IMG/VR virus record: IMGVR_UViG_3300034095_001474
Span: 182,796-246,795 of that record
Reading direction: 5' to 3' (one strand)
Source: a virus
Lineage: Duplodnaviria; Caudoviricetes
DNA: 64,000 bases
Positions 30,587-42,000 of this stretch are shown piece after piece (the stretch's first letter is position 1; each line of letters opens with the position of its first letter). Below the pieces are notes generated by a model. It was not told the origin of the DNA. It saw only the letters and a program-made list of their open reading frames with translations, and ran no database searches. Made by a program: the position numbers and the translations under genes.

Positions 30587-31645
30587 TTAAAAAATTAATT
30601 TTTCTCTTTCTATAAGTTTTTTGAAGGGAATTAAATATTCTGGATATCTAAATTCACCTATCGATTTATCTAACCCATCTCTTTCCATATACATAAGAAC
30701 ATTCTTTAGGTCTCGCCCCGATGAGTCTAGGGTGCCATCAATCAAATCTTCTAACTCTCTAATTCCATCTTCCGTTAACATTGGTCGTTTAAGGTTTACT
30801 AGTAGTTCATTTATTTCATAAATTCTAGTTCCTTGAACACCATCTGTTACTGAATTGATAATGTTGTCTAACACCTTTAGAGGTTTTTTCTTACTACTTA
30901 ATCTGGTTTCTTGTTGCTTTTTAGCATCATCTATTATCTCGTTTAAAGTTAATTTTCTTTCTCTTAAATTTGGGAAAAGATTTGTTAACGTCTTTTCTTT
31001 CAATCCTTTGATTCCTTTGATTGAATCTGAATCATCACCAATGATTGTTTTAACCAATGCAGCGTTTTCGTAACTATAGCAAAAGTACGATAAAAAGTTT
31101 GATTTGTCAACATAATTCTTGATTGATTTATCACAAAAGTATATTCTTACGTCATCATCAATCAATTGAGCCATATCTCTATCGTTTGTACAAATAGTTA
31201 TTTTCTCATTTTCCTTTTTAGTTAAACAGTAATAACCAATGAAATCATCACCTTCGATAATTTCATGTCTTAGTTGTCTAATATACATTTCATTTAAGTA
31301 TTCCCAAACTAGCTCACGCTGAAATAATTCTGATTCATCAATTGGTTGGGTACCATTTATAAAATCTTTACCTCTACCACTTTTATATGGTTCATAGATT
31401 TCATACCTCATTTTACCACTAAAGTTACCATCCCAAAAAACATATACTTTATGGTATAATTCTTCAGTTAGTAACATTCTTAGTGTTGTAAGGAATTGAT
31501 AAATGCCACCGATATGGTGACCATTTTGATTATATTGGTTTTTAGCACCGAAAAAGCCCGTTTTAAATAGGGCATTTCCGTCTACCAATAATGTATTTTG
31601 TATTCTTTCTACTGTTTCACCGCTTCTTGGTGGTCTTTTGTTCAT
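30587..31645 (-). CDS. rnh: 5'-3' exonuclease / T4 RNase H-like flap nuclease
   Basis: LLVDGN, VFWDG, EGDDFIG, TNDRDMAQL, GDDSDSIKGIKG motifs. Confidence 0.88.
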   Translation of the reverse strand: MNKRPPRSGETVERIQNTLLVDGNALFKTGFFGAKNQYNQNGHHIGGIYQFLTTLRMLLTEELYHKVYVFWDGNFSGKMRYEIYEPYKSGRGKDFINGTQPIDESELFQRELVWEYLNEMYIRQLRHEIIEGDDFIGYYCLTKKENEKITICTNDRDMAQLIDDDVRIYFCDKSIKNYVDKSNFLSYFCYSYENAALVKTIIGDDSDSIKGIKGLKEKTLTNLFPNLRERKLTLNEIIDDAKKQQETRLSSKKKPLKVLDNIINSVTDGVQGTRIYEINELLVNLKRPMLTEDGIRELEDLIDGTLDSSGRDLKNVLMYMERDGLDKSIGEFRYPEYLIPFKKLIEREKLIF

Positions 31646-31666
31646 ATTAGAACGTTTAAAGGGTTA

Positions 31667-32779
31667 TTACTCTTTTTCGTAAGCATCAGATTTAAAATCT
31701 TCTTCAATGACTTCAAAGTCAGAAAAACTAGTTCCTAGTTTATCATTAATGAAAACATTGTTTGCTTTAACATATGCGTTTTTTTCTTCTGGGTTAATAA
31801 AACCATGTGGTGTAGAACAAATAGAACCCATTCTTTCAATACCATTCACGTGATTTTTAACACATTCAATATCAGTTCTTACACCGAAATTAAAACTTCT
31901 ACCACCATTTACAGCATCTAATTTTTTAGCTGATGATGTTGACTTACCACCCATGTGGAAAATCATTCTAACACCGTATTTAAACCCTTCACCACCATTG
32001 TGCATGATTGTTGGTTGTCCCACAGCATTTGGTCTTAACCAAATTTTTTGTACAGCAACGAATGTGTTGATATATGGAGCATTTTCTCTTCTAGAAGCTG
32101 GAATTCTGAAGTTCAATATTGATTCAAATTCTCTTTTTAAAGCACCAGCAGTCCATTGGTTATTGTTTGTATTTGAAACAGCACCTTGGTAACAACCGAT
32201 AGAACCAATAGAATCCCAAAGGAATGTAATGTTATGTGGAAACTCACCTCTTTCTTGTTTATCTAATATTTCATTCATTAAACGTGCAATATCTTCAACA
32301 ACTGGAATGTATCTTTGAGGTGTTGTTTTCATTTTAGCATCTTTGTAATCAAAATTTTGATACATAGCTAATAAATCACTACCACCAAAATACATAAAAT
32401 CATCACCATCATAATCTATGATTTCACCAGTTTGCTCATCAACAACTTCTTCAAATTTAAAACCAACTAACTTTGCATGTTCCCAGTTAAAACTTCCTTC
32501 GGTATCTATGATGATACAGTAATCACCTAATTTTTGTGCTCCAGCTAAAGATTCATAAATACCAGTTGATTTACCAACATCTGAGAACCCTCTGAATTGT
32601 GTTGTATAACCACGTGGTACACCTGGTAACCCTACTGCATCATGAAAAGCTTTTTTAAATGGAATCCATGTTAATTCTTTTTCTTTTACTGTTTGCTCAC
32701 CTAAACCTAGGCTTTTTTTAAAACTTTTGTTATCAAATGATTTTTTTTCAATCGGTTTTTTTTGTGGTTTTGTAGCCAT
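31667..32779 (-). CDS. recA: RecA/UvsX-like recombinase
   Basis: Walker A GFSDVGKST, IDTEG, WDSIGS motifs. Confidence 0.88.
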   Translation of the reverse strand: MATKPQKKPIEKKSFDNKSFKKSLGLGEQTVKEKELTWIPFKKAFHDAVGLPGVPRGYTTQFRGFSDVGKSTGIYESLAGAQKLGDYCIIIDTEGSFNWEHAKLVGFKFEEVVDEQTGEIIDYDGDDFMYFGGSDLLAMYQNFDYKDAKMKTTPQRYIPVVEDIARLMNEILDKQERGEFPHNITFLWDSIGSIGCYQGAVSNTNNNQWTAGALKREFESILNFRIPASRRENAPYINTFVAVQKIWLRPNAVGQPTIMHNGGEGFKYGVRMIFHMGGKSTSSAKKLDAVNGGRSFNFGVRTDIECVKNHVNGIERMGSICSTPHGFINPEEKNAYVKANNVFINDKLGTSFSDFEVIEEDFKSDAYEKE

Positions 32780-32814
32780 CTTAAATAGATTTTATTTTTT
32801 CGTTATTTTAGAAC

Positions 32815-32843
32815 AAAAAAGCACCAATTTCTCAGTGCTTTTT
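32815..32843 (-). terminator. Intrinsic terminator after the SSB gene
   Basis: Minus strand GCACTG-AGAAAT-TGGTGC plus T6; A/T tracts on both sides. Confidence 0.6.
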
Positions 32844-32860
32844 GTTTAGTTTTGATTAGA

Positions 32861-33769
32861 TTAGAATGGTAAATCATCTTCTTCATCTTCTGTAGTAACA
32901 GAAGTTTCAGTATCTTTTGGTTCTACAACAGTCGCAGCTTGTAAATTAGCTTTAACGTTATCAATCCCCATTGTTATTTCTTCTTCTTGTGTAGAACTAG
33001 AATCAGCTTTCAATGCTTCTTTATCAACGAATTTTTTCTCGTCTTTATCCCATACTGGAACACCACCTTTAACGATTATCTCTAGATAATCATAAGTTCT
33101 TACTGAATAAACGTCTTCCCATGTTCTAGCATCGTTTAACCATTTTTCAGCTTGTTCAGCATCTTCAGATAATGGTGTAGCATCTTGTGCAGCGATAGAA
33201 GTCACAACTGGAATTTTGTTTTGGTTTCTTTGAATAGAAATAGCCAAATCACGACCAGTTGTTACATTTGTAATATCTTTGTTTGTTTTCAAAGCTGTTA
33301 ACAAACCGTGGATTTTATCAAAGATACCTTCTTTTCTGTAATCATGGTTGAATCTCCAGAATTTAACACCCCACTCTTCATTTTCTCTGTCGATAACTTT
33401 AACAACATACATTTTACGAGCGTTATATTTTTTAGCTAATTCTTTGTCTGATTCTTTACCAGTTGCTAATAACTCTTCACGAGCCTCACAGAAAGGACAT
33501 GCCTCTCCTTTTTGGTGTTTCAAACATGCAAATGTTTTCCATTCACCTTCAATTTGAACTTTGTGTCCATGAACCTCAACAAATGGTGAACCATCTTGTG
33601 AAGGTAAGATTCTAATCTCTTTAGTTGCTGAATTAATTCCGTCTTTAATGAACGTATTAAAATAGTTTTTTAAATCATAAACTTTTTCTGATTTTTTTTC
33701 GTACTTAGGAGCGTTGTTCTTCTCGTACTGTGCTAGCATTGCTTCCAATGCACTTTTTTCATTACTCAT
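32861..33769 (-). CDS. Single-stranded DNA-binding protein (T4 gp32-like)
   Basis: IRILP, H...C...CPFC zinc ligands, acidic tail DEEDDLPF. Confidence 0.85.
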   Translation of the reverse strand: MSNEKSALEAMLAQYEKNNAPKYEKKSEKVYDLKNYFNTFIKDGINSATKEIRILPSQDGSPFVEVHGHKVQIEGEWKTFACLKHQKGEACPFCEAREELLATGKESDKELAKKYNARKMYVVKVIDRENEEWGVKFWRFNHDYRKEGIFDKIHGLLTALKTNKDITNVTTGRDLAISIQRNQNKIPVVTSIAAQDATPLSEDAEQAEKWLNDARTWEDVYSVRTYDYLEIIVKGGVPVWDKDEKKFVDKEALKADSSSTQEEEITMGIDNVKANLQAATVVEPKDTETSVTTEDEEDDLPF

Positions 33770-33820
33770 CTTTCTTTTTTTTTTTATTTATTGTTATTAC
33801 TTACACATTTTTTCTTACTA

Positions 33821-33927
33821 CAAATATACGATATTTTATGAAAAAGTCAAGCGATTTTTTAAAAAATATTAAAGTATTTTTATAATAACTTTATACAAAT
33901 CTACGACAACTTTTAACATAATGCAAA
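33821..33927 (-). promoter_or_regulatory. Two tandem Bacteroidota-type promoters driving the ssb-recA-rnh-dnaB-nrd block
   Basis: TTTG(33927-33924)-N20-TAGATTTG(33903-33896) and CTTG-N19-TATATTTG(33828-33821). Confidence 0.75.
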
Positions 33928-33953
33928 TAAAAAATAAAAAAAGTTTTAAAAAT

Positions 33954-33982
33954 AAAAAAGCCCCATTTCTGAGGCTTTTTTT
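33954..33982 (-). terminator. Intrinsic terminator
   Basis: Minus strand AGCCTC-AGAAAT-GGGGCT plus T-tract. Confidence 0.65.
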
Positions 33983-33990
33983 AAAGTATT

Positions 33991-34746
33991 TTAAATATCT
34001 TCTTCATCAAATTCGTTTTCATCATCTGGTGTAACACCAAAACTTTTTTTGATGTCTGGTTCACTATATGTAGTGTCGATTTCATCTTGGGTTAATGTAT
34101 ACTCATCTGGTTTTTCATCTTTATCAATATAATCTCCTTTGTCAGCCCAATAATCTTCTAATCTTTGAGAATAAGGGAATGACCTATCAACTTGTACATT
34201 TAATTTTTCAAATGGAGTTGGATTTCTTTTGACTATTTCTTTTTCTAATTCAGAAATTTTAGCACTAACAGCATCCATACTAGAAATACGTGATTCTAAA
34301 TCAGTTAATTTTTGTAAAAGTAATTCAGTGTTTTGTGTTGCTTTATCAGCAGCCATCTTAGCATCCTCTGAACCTTGTACCAAAGAAGTAACATCAATTT
34401 CAACATCATCAGATGTATCTTCTAATGGTTCCTCTACTGGTTCTTCCATTGGTTCTTCCATTGGTTCTTCCATTGGTTCTTCAGCTGGTACTTCAGCACC
34501 ATCTACTGGTTCTTCATCTGGAGATACTTGTGCATTACCTTCTGGTGCTTCAACACCTAATTCAGCAGCTAAATCATCAGTAGCAGCGTCATCACCTTCT
34601 TCTTCTTCTAATTGACCTTCATTACCTAATAAAACATCTTTATCGTTATAAGGGTCATTTGCTAAAAATTTATATTCAGAAATCAACTTAAATTTTTTAA
34701 GTTCTTCTTTTAATAATTCTGGGTTTAATGTTACTTTCTTTCTCAT
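33991..34746 (-). CDS. Acidic coiled-coil protein (possibly head/scaffold-associated)
   Basis: Very Glu/Asp-rich with EEPM repeats and a coiled coil LLQKLTDLESRISSMDAVSAKISELEKEI. Confidence 0.55.
   Translation of the reverse strand: MRKKVTLNPELLKEELKKFKLISEYKFLANDPYNDKDVLLGNEGQLEEEEGDDAATDDLAAELGVEAPEGNAQVSPDEEPVDGAEVPAEEPMEEPMEEPMEEPVEEPLEDTSDDVEIDVTSLVQGSEDAKMAADKATQNTELLLQKLTDLESRISSMDAVSAKISELEKEIVKRNPTPFEKLNVQVDRSFPYSQRLEDYWADKGDYIDKDEKPDEYTLTQDEIDTTYSEPDIKKSFGVTPDDENEFDEEDI
34439..34482. repeat. 12-nt tandem repeat (GGTTCTTCCATT x3 plus partial) encoding EEPM repeats
   Basis: Exact copies at 34439, 34451 and 34463, partial at 34475. Confidence 0.9.
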
Positions 34747-34752
34747 TTATTA

Positions 34753-34962
34753 TTAGAATAATAATTGTCTACCATCTTCGGTAATTATTTTTTTGTTGAT
34801 TCTTTCAATAAGGCTTTTATCACCTTTAATAACACAAACACCAGAAGTACAATCCATATTTGGGTCTTGATTTTCAGTGTTTAAATATCCATCCAATGCT
34901 TTATCTAAACCTTTTTGATTAGATGGTGTTGGATTTGAGTTGTTGGTTTTATTATTTTCCAT
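34753..34962 (-). CDS. Small hypothetical protein with a CxxxxC motif
   Basis: 69 aa containing CTSGVC; TATTTATA motif at 34997-35004 upstream. Confidence 0.6.
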   Translation of the reverse strand: MENNKTNNSNPTPSNQKGLDKALDGYLNTENQDPNMDCTSGVCVIKGDKSLIERINKKIITEDGRQLLF

Positions 34963-34996
34963 AACATTAGTTTTTTATTTTTGATTTATGTTTATA

Positions 34997-35004
34997 TATA
35001 AATA
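34997..35004 (-). promoter_or_regulatory. TATTTATA putative late-promoter motif
   Basis: Minus strand TATAGATATTTATA, 34 nt upstream of the ATG at 34962. Confidence 0.55.
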
Positions 35005-35015
35005 TCTATATAACA

Positions 35016-35417
35016 CTAAAAAACCCTACTTATATTTAAAATAGTAAGTTCTGAACCGTTTAATAATATAAATTTGTTTTGATATTCAGACCAATCTATT
35101 TTTATTGATTTATTATCAATATTACCAACTGATTCTGGATAAAGATTTTCTATTAATTTATTCAAAGCATTTATTGTATAAATTGCGTTACCTTTTTTAT
35201 GTATAGGAACAGCACTAGGAAATAAATTTTTTAGGTTTAATGGTTTATCTGGTTGAAAACTTATTTTAAATGTCATAATAACTTTTGATTCATCATCTAA
35301 ATTCTTATAACAAAATACCTTATTTTTAACAATACCAAACTTTGTTTCTAAATACCCTAGAAACCAATCAACTCTCTCTGGAAATATAAAAGTTGCTAAT
35401 AGTATTGTTTTGTTCAT
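35016..35417 (-). CDS. Hypothetical protein (start moved to MNKTILLATF)
   Basis: The ATG at 35417 has an A-rich leader and reduces the overlap with the upstream gene from about 100 to 50 nt. Confidence 0.55.
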   Translation of the reverse strand: MNKTILLATFIFPERVDWFLGYLETKFGIVKNKVFCYKNLDDESKVIMTFKISFQPDKPLNLKNLFPSAVPIHKKGNAIYTINALNKLIENLYPESVGNIDNKSIKIDWSEYQNKFILLNGSELTILNISRVF

Positions 35418-36006
35418 TTTTAATAGAGTATAAATAAGGTAAGAACTTAATTTGGTAACCAAGTTCTTCAATATAATTCTTATACTCTATAAGTATATCG
35501 CTTTCCTCTAAAAAGACTGGGCTTTTGAATTTAATTTTTGTTTTAATCTTATCTTTTTCATATCCAATATAAGACATTAAGGTTAAATCGATACCAAAGA
35601 TAAATTTATCACCATAAATGTAAATCATGTCGCCATTAATAAATGTAACTAATTCTTTAATTGAATATAATTTTCTTATAATTTTCCAAAGACTTTTTGA
35701 ATTATACTGCAATGGGTCAATGAAAATATATTTAATATCTTTTGTTAAATCATTATATACTTTATTTATGAACCAAGATAAATCTTCTGAATGTTTATCT
35801 CTTCTTTCAGTTCTTTTAAATGTCCAATATAAATTTGATTCCAGTTCAATATCTAAAATATTAAATTCTGGGTAGTGTTTATTAACATAGTCAAAGCCAA
35901 CAATTAAAGTAGGTAATCCATGGATTATTTCATCCATGGATTTCACTACGTTAAATTCTTCTGAAACGTTAATATTATTACTTGAAACTATGTTCGCAAC
36001 TTTCAT
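35368..36006 (-). CDS. Hypothetical protein under a host-type promoter
   Basis: 212-aa ORF starting directly downstream of a -33/-7 promoter. Confidence 0.6.
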   Translation of the reverse strand: MKVANIVSSNNINVSEEFNVVKSMDEIIHGLPTLIVGFDYVNKHYPEFNILDIELESNLYWTFKRTERRDKHSEDLSWFINKVYNDLTKDIKYIFIDPLQYNSKSLWKIIRKLYSIKELVTFINGDMIYIYGDKFIFGIDLTLMSYIGYEKDKIKTKIKFKSPVFLEESDILIEYKNYIEELGYQIKFLPYLYSIKNEQNNTISNFYISRES

Positions 36007-36010
36007 ATTG

Positions 36011-36042
36011 CAAATGTACTAATTTTATTTATAAAAAACAAA
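36011..36042 (-). promoter_or_regulatory. Bacteroidota-type promoter
   Basis: TTTG-N20-TACATTTG on the minus strand. Confidence 0.75.
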
Positions 36043-36056
36043 TTATTTTTTTATAA

Positions 36057-39000
36057 TTAACTTGGTTTATAAATAGGGTTACCAGATACTTTAGAAGCTT
36101 TTAAACATTGAGCTAAATATGCATTTGATGATAAACCACCTTTTGTTTTACAACCGATATCACCTTGAACCCAAACAGATAAATCTTTACACGTTTTTTG
36201 AAGTTGTATAGCTAAAGTAAGAGCAGCAGACTTATTAACGATACCTTTTCTCAGATTACTAACAATATTTGGATAATTACCATTTGTTAATGTTTTATAT
36301 GTTGCATCAACACCATCTTCAATTGTTTTATAATTTTGGACACCAACCTCACTATCATTGTATAACGTTGACCCAGCATATTCTTCAGTAGTATTAAAGG
36401 CATTCCATGTTGCTTCAGCACCTTCCATTTGTCTCCATCCTTTAAGCCATATCATGTTACCTTCAGTTTCTGGTGCACCTAATTTTTTCAACACTAATTT
36501 GAAATATTCTTCAGTTTCAGCTTCTGATGTTTGTACTATATTTTTAGACCCATTGGCACTTGGACCACCAGTTGCTTTTTGATTTGATAAGTTGTATCCA
36601 TTATAATATTTATTAGCTGTTTTTTTAACTAGAATTCTATAATCACCAACATCGTTTGAATCTATTAAGTAACCAGAAGAAATTGTTATTTCCTTTTCTT
36701 TTACTGAATCACCTAAATTACCACCAACTAAAAATGCTTTGTCACTACTTGTTTTATAAACAACATCACAATGACTTGCTGTGAAACCTCCACTTCTTTT
36801 TTGACAGAATAAATCACCTACTTCAATCTTAATTTTTAACCCAGATTTTAATGGGAAAGCTTCATAACCTTTACCTCCATCCATAGCATTTTTAACATAA
36901 GTATAATGTAAACTTGATTTAGGGAATTCACTATCACCACCAAACATGACGTATGATATGAAGGCAGCACTCCATGGTTGTGAGTTATTAGCATATGATT
37001 GAGCTGAAATACCTGGTGTTGTAGTTGCGTAAACTTCTAACATTGATATACCAGAAGCTTCTTTAACACTACCATTACCCCATTTTTTAAGTTCATCAGT
37101 ACCTCTTTGTGTTATCACGATAGGTTTTGGTATCTTGCTACCTTCTATTGTTTTATTAGATGGTTTATTACTATTTAATATACTATAAAAATTATCTATA
37201 TAGTGATTACTTCCAACATAAGCTTCACCACCACCACCACCACCAATAGTACCAGTACCAGCTTCACTAATATCCATTGTTTCAATTAAATCCATATAAA
37301 CTTCATAAGATTCAATCAGTGGAGTTTCTGTGTATCTAATTCTAGTTCCAGTAAAGTTTGTTGACATACTATTTGGTTTAATCGAATGAGAAACCTTTGT
37401 TATCATATACGCACCATGGAACATTGGTATATTATCCAATTGGAAATACATCATTGGTTGAATCATAGCATTACCCATCATTTCAATTTGAGCAGTATAA
37501 CTTCTAACCGCATATACATTATAAATATTTTGACCTACAAGTGCTCTATTATTTTCACTACCTTTTTGAGAAATTTCATCTTGAATATGCAGTGATTCAT
37601 CTGTTTCACTGAATTCACTTTGGTCTAAATGTATATCTTTAAAAATACTCTGATTTTGTTGGCTATATCTTACAAGAAAAGTACTAACTGGTTCTTCATA
37701 AAATCCACTTGTTACAACACCAGTTTCATCAACTTCATCAATACTATTCAAATCAGTTGTAAAATCTGTTGGTACTGAAACATCTAAATCAGTATTTTCA
37801 CCCGTTTTAGGGTCTTTCATACATCTTAAATCAAAACCATCATTAGGATAATCACCATCTTTTTCTGTAAGTTCTAAATGTTTTGATGTTTGACCATCAT
37901 ATACACAAACAAAAGCTGGTCCACAACTATTAGGTGGTATATCCTTGTCATTATAGTTGTATGGTTTAAAAATAGATTCTAAAATTGTATCATCGTGAAA
38001 GTTAACAAAATTAGGTAACGCTTGGAAATTAAAATGATTCGCACCTAAAATAGATGAAATTGCATCATATGATGAACTATTTGGGTTATCAATTAAATAT
38101 TCATTCAAATTTGACGGATTAATATATAATTCATTACCAATATCTCTAAAACTTCTAGTTACAAATCTAAAACTATCAATCATTCTGGTTTTAGAATTTT
38201 GATTTTTTTTAGCCAATGTATCGTCAACAGTACTTCTAGTACCATTACCACACTGAAAGACTAAATGGTCAATATCTTTAGCACCACCCAACCATTTATC
38301 ATAAACATTTTTACAATGTCTATATAATTGAAGACGAATAACATCTTTATTTGTTGTATTAAATATTTCTTTATCTATTCTTTCATTTTGTTTTGAAATG
38401 TTGTATTTATCGGCTAAAGTTTCTAGTTTTTTAATAATGGCATCAAAATAAAGATTATATTTTTCTGGAGATACACTAGGGTTAGACCATTGACCAGAAG
38501 AACCAGCCCATATACTAGGGTCAGAACCAGCCATCCAAATTTTATAATTATTATTAACGATAAAAACTTCTTCAGTCAAAGCATCAATTAATGAGTTAAT
38601 AACTGGTGTTCCATCTTTTAATTGTAAATGCAGATAAAAATCATTAATGTTACTATAAAAGAATCCTTTATCTTGATATATTGGAATAACAACATCGTAA
38701 TATTTTTCAATGTTTTCAGTTAACACTGAAAATTGAATTGGGTTACCAATTATCTTTCCAGTAGTTATTTCTTCTACTGATGCAATATTAGCATTTTTAT
38801 CATTTGCTTTATCTAGAATAGAATGTAAATATTCACTAAAAGATTTTCCAGCTGTCAAATCACCGTTAGTGTCAAATATTTCTAATCTTTTAGCTAAACC
38901 TCTCCAATCTTTATCACCTTCACCATTAACAAAATTAAAAAACATTTTTTTAAATTCACTTTTAACCTTTAGTGGTAATGTTTTAAGTGTATCGAAATCA

Positions 39001-42000
39001 CCAATATCTGGATGACTAGGGCCATCAAAAGCTTTGAATACACCTTGACCTAAACCTTGTCTGTAATCTAAAAAAGGAGGAAAATATTCATCTTTATCTG
39101 GTATATCAAATAACGTTTCACCCAACGCCCAATTTGATAAAGAATTCCATTTATTTACATTACCATTAGAATAATCTATATACCAAACAATTGGGTCGCC
39201 TTTTACATATCCTTCAATTAACCCGTTACTATATTCTTTCTTTCCGACACCACCACCAATAATTTGATTATTATTATTTAATATTGGGTCACTTTCATCC
39301 ATTCTCCATAATATACTACCAATATAAGCACACCATAATTTAGGTGCGTGTATTATACCAGCTTTCATATCAAATAAATGTTTTATTTCATTTTTACCAA
39401 AAGGGTTACCTCCAGGTGTATCGGTTATCTGAGGTGTATTAAAAGGCATTGCTTGTAAAAAAAGAAATGCTCTACTATTTTCAGCACATGATACTTTAGT
39501 ACCATTTTTGGTTATAATTGTTGCATAACTTTGGTTATAATAAAATTCACTACCAAATAAACTAAAACTATAATCTGTGTAAGGTTGTCTATTATTTTCT
39601 ATAGTCCAATCGGTCAATTCAATATCTGGTGTTCCATATTTCAATTCAATATATGGATAAGTAACATCAGCTCTTCCACCACGTTTTAATATTTTATGGA
39701 ATAAATTTCTATTTTTACCTAGATTAGTATGCATTGGAATTCCAAGTGTAAAACCATTTGAGATAAATACCTCTGGTTTAGTTAAAGGATAAGTAACTAT
39801 AGATTTATCTTTATAAAAATATTCAGAGACTGTTGATTTAAGACTAATATCTTTACCCGATGCACTTCTAGTATCAGCCAACCCAGTATCACAATCTCTA
39901 TAAAAAACATACATAAGGGGTAACCCTTTTATATTATCATCACCCCAATCCATTGTTTCAAATTCTTGAATACCATATTTATGATTAAAACAATTGTAAC
40001 CAGCATCTTTTAATGTTAGAATTGAATCTGGTGCATCTGGGTCACCAATTAGATTTGCTAAAATCATTGTAGTCTCTGTTTTTACACCTTCTGGTGCAAA
40101 ACCAATAGATATTGGTTTTGGTAATTCAGTTAAAATTTTAACATCTATACCACCTTGGTCATTTTTATAATCTGAATCAACAGTAGGAATTCCATCAGCA
40201 TAGGTTGTTAAAAATAACCAACCATCATCATCTCTAAATGACCTATATATTTTATCTTGTTCTGCCGTAGACGCTCCAGGCTTATACCAAAATACATCGT
40301 GAAAACCAAAATTTGTTGGTAAAAAACGAGGTCTAGCTTGTTCGATTTCATCATTATAATAATAATCATAATAATAAGGGTTAGTATCTTGATTAACAAC
40401 TTTTCTAGAATCACCATCTATTTTTCCAGTTATACCATTTAAATATTGTATTGTTAATAATGACATAGATTGTCTTGATGTTTCATCAGTAATCCCTCTT
40501 AACATATTATCAACTTCAGCTGCTGCCATTGCTTTTATTTCGTCATCTGTAACAACACCAGAAAATAAATCATTTGAATATCCTAAAAATATCATACCTC
40601 TTATTACCATAAGCCTAACAATATCTTCTTTAAGTAACAGTTCAGTATTATTAGGTCCAGCTGCTCTTTTATATGGTTCTAATTCTTGAAAAATTATTGT
40701 ATCAATTGGGTTCACTGATGTCCAAGTTGTTTCATTTATTAATTGTTCTTCAAGAGCAGCATCGTCTGCTTTTTTAGATTTTCTAAACGCTTCTAACAAA
40801 TCATCTATAAATCTTAATTCATCTACATCGTCTGGTTTTTTCAACACACCAGCAGCACCTAAATATTTATCAATATATGAATTTTTTACAGCATCTTTTT
40901 CTCTATAATCTGGCCATGGGAAAAATTGTTTTTTCTCGATATAAACATTTTTCATATCGGTAACTTTACTATCGTCTACTGTGAATTTTGTAGCTAGCTC
41001 ATCAGTCCTTATAGAACTTGCACTAGCCTCTGAAGATACTTGATAAATTGTTTCAATAAAAACTTCAATTGCCGCTGTGAAACATTCGATAATTGTTCTA
41101 GCTGTTGGGTCAAAACCTAGTATGTCTCTAACTTCATTTTCGAACGCTTTCGCTAATTTTTTCTTAGCTTCTTTTTCACTAACTTCCACTGAAAGTTTAG
41201 CTGTTGCTAGTGTTTCATATAATAATGTCATATCAAATATATTCAATACATTTGTATCATTATTTAAATCACTATTTTTAGAATTAATATAACTAACTAA
41301 TTTTTCTTTAATTTCTTGTACATTACTTGGATTACCTAAAGCATCATTTGTTGCTTGGTCATCATTTTTTAAATTACCATATGTTATTTCAGTATATTTT
41401 TTACCACCATCTTTATTTGAGTTGCTTTCTATTTGTGTAAAATGAGCTTCAACCAACGGTGTTGGTGGTATTAAATCATTATATTCTTTAATTAATTTTT
41501 TAACCGTTATAATATACTGATTAGTAAAAGCATTTTTTTGTTCTAGTGTATAATCTGAAGCATATTTATAAACAATATATTGAAAATCATCTTTAGATGA
41601 TACTGGTTCGAATACGGTACCTAATGTATGTATTTCAGACTTTATATTATCTAATATATCTATTGCAGATGTTGAAGCATTTATTTCTTGTGATGCTGGG
41701 TTTTCATTTGCCACCTTTTCTATACCTTCATTTAATCGACTTATATTTACTGATAAATCACTAAGTGTAAGTACTGGTACACCGCTTGAAATAGTTTCAT
41801 TGTATTTATCCATTCTAGTTTTACCTATTGCAGTAAATGGAATGGCTTTTAAATAACCAATCAACATATCTGCCATCAATGCAAATGTGTAACCAATAAA
41901 ATTGGCTGTAATTTCAAAATTACCAGTTTGTGAGTTAAATTTTGTATTAAATTTTAACATGTGTAAACAATATTTAACTGGCAATCCATAATATCCTTTT

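Noticed and set aside
25446-32779. Inteins, introns or homing endonucleases in nrdA, nrdB, dnaB or recA
   Set aside because: All are uninterrupted, of ordinary or short length, with no C1...HN splice or LAGLIDADG/HNH motifs.
34229-34615. 128-aa plus-strand Ser-rich ORF
   Set aside because: Antisense shadow of the Glu-rich 33991-34746 gene (GAA read as TTC/TCT); no promoter.
35418-35471. Longer start (MKNLVTK...) for the 35016 gene
   Set aside because: It creates an overlap of about 100 nt; the ATG at 35417 has a better A-rich leader.
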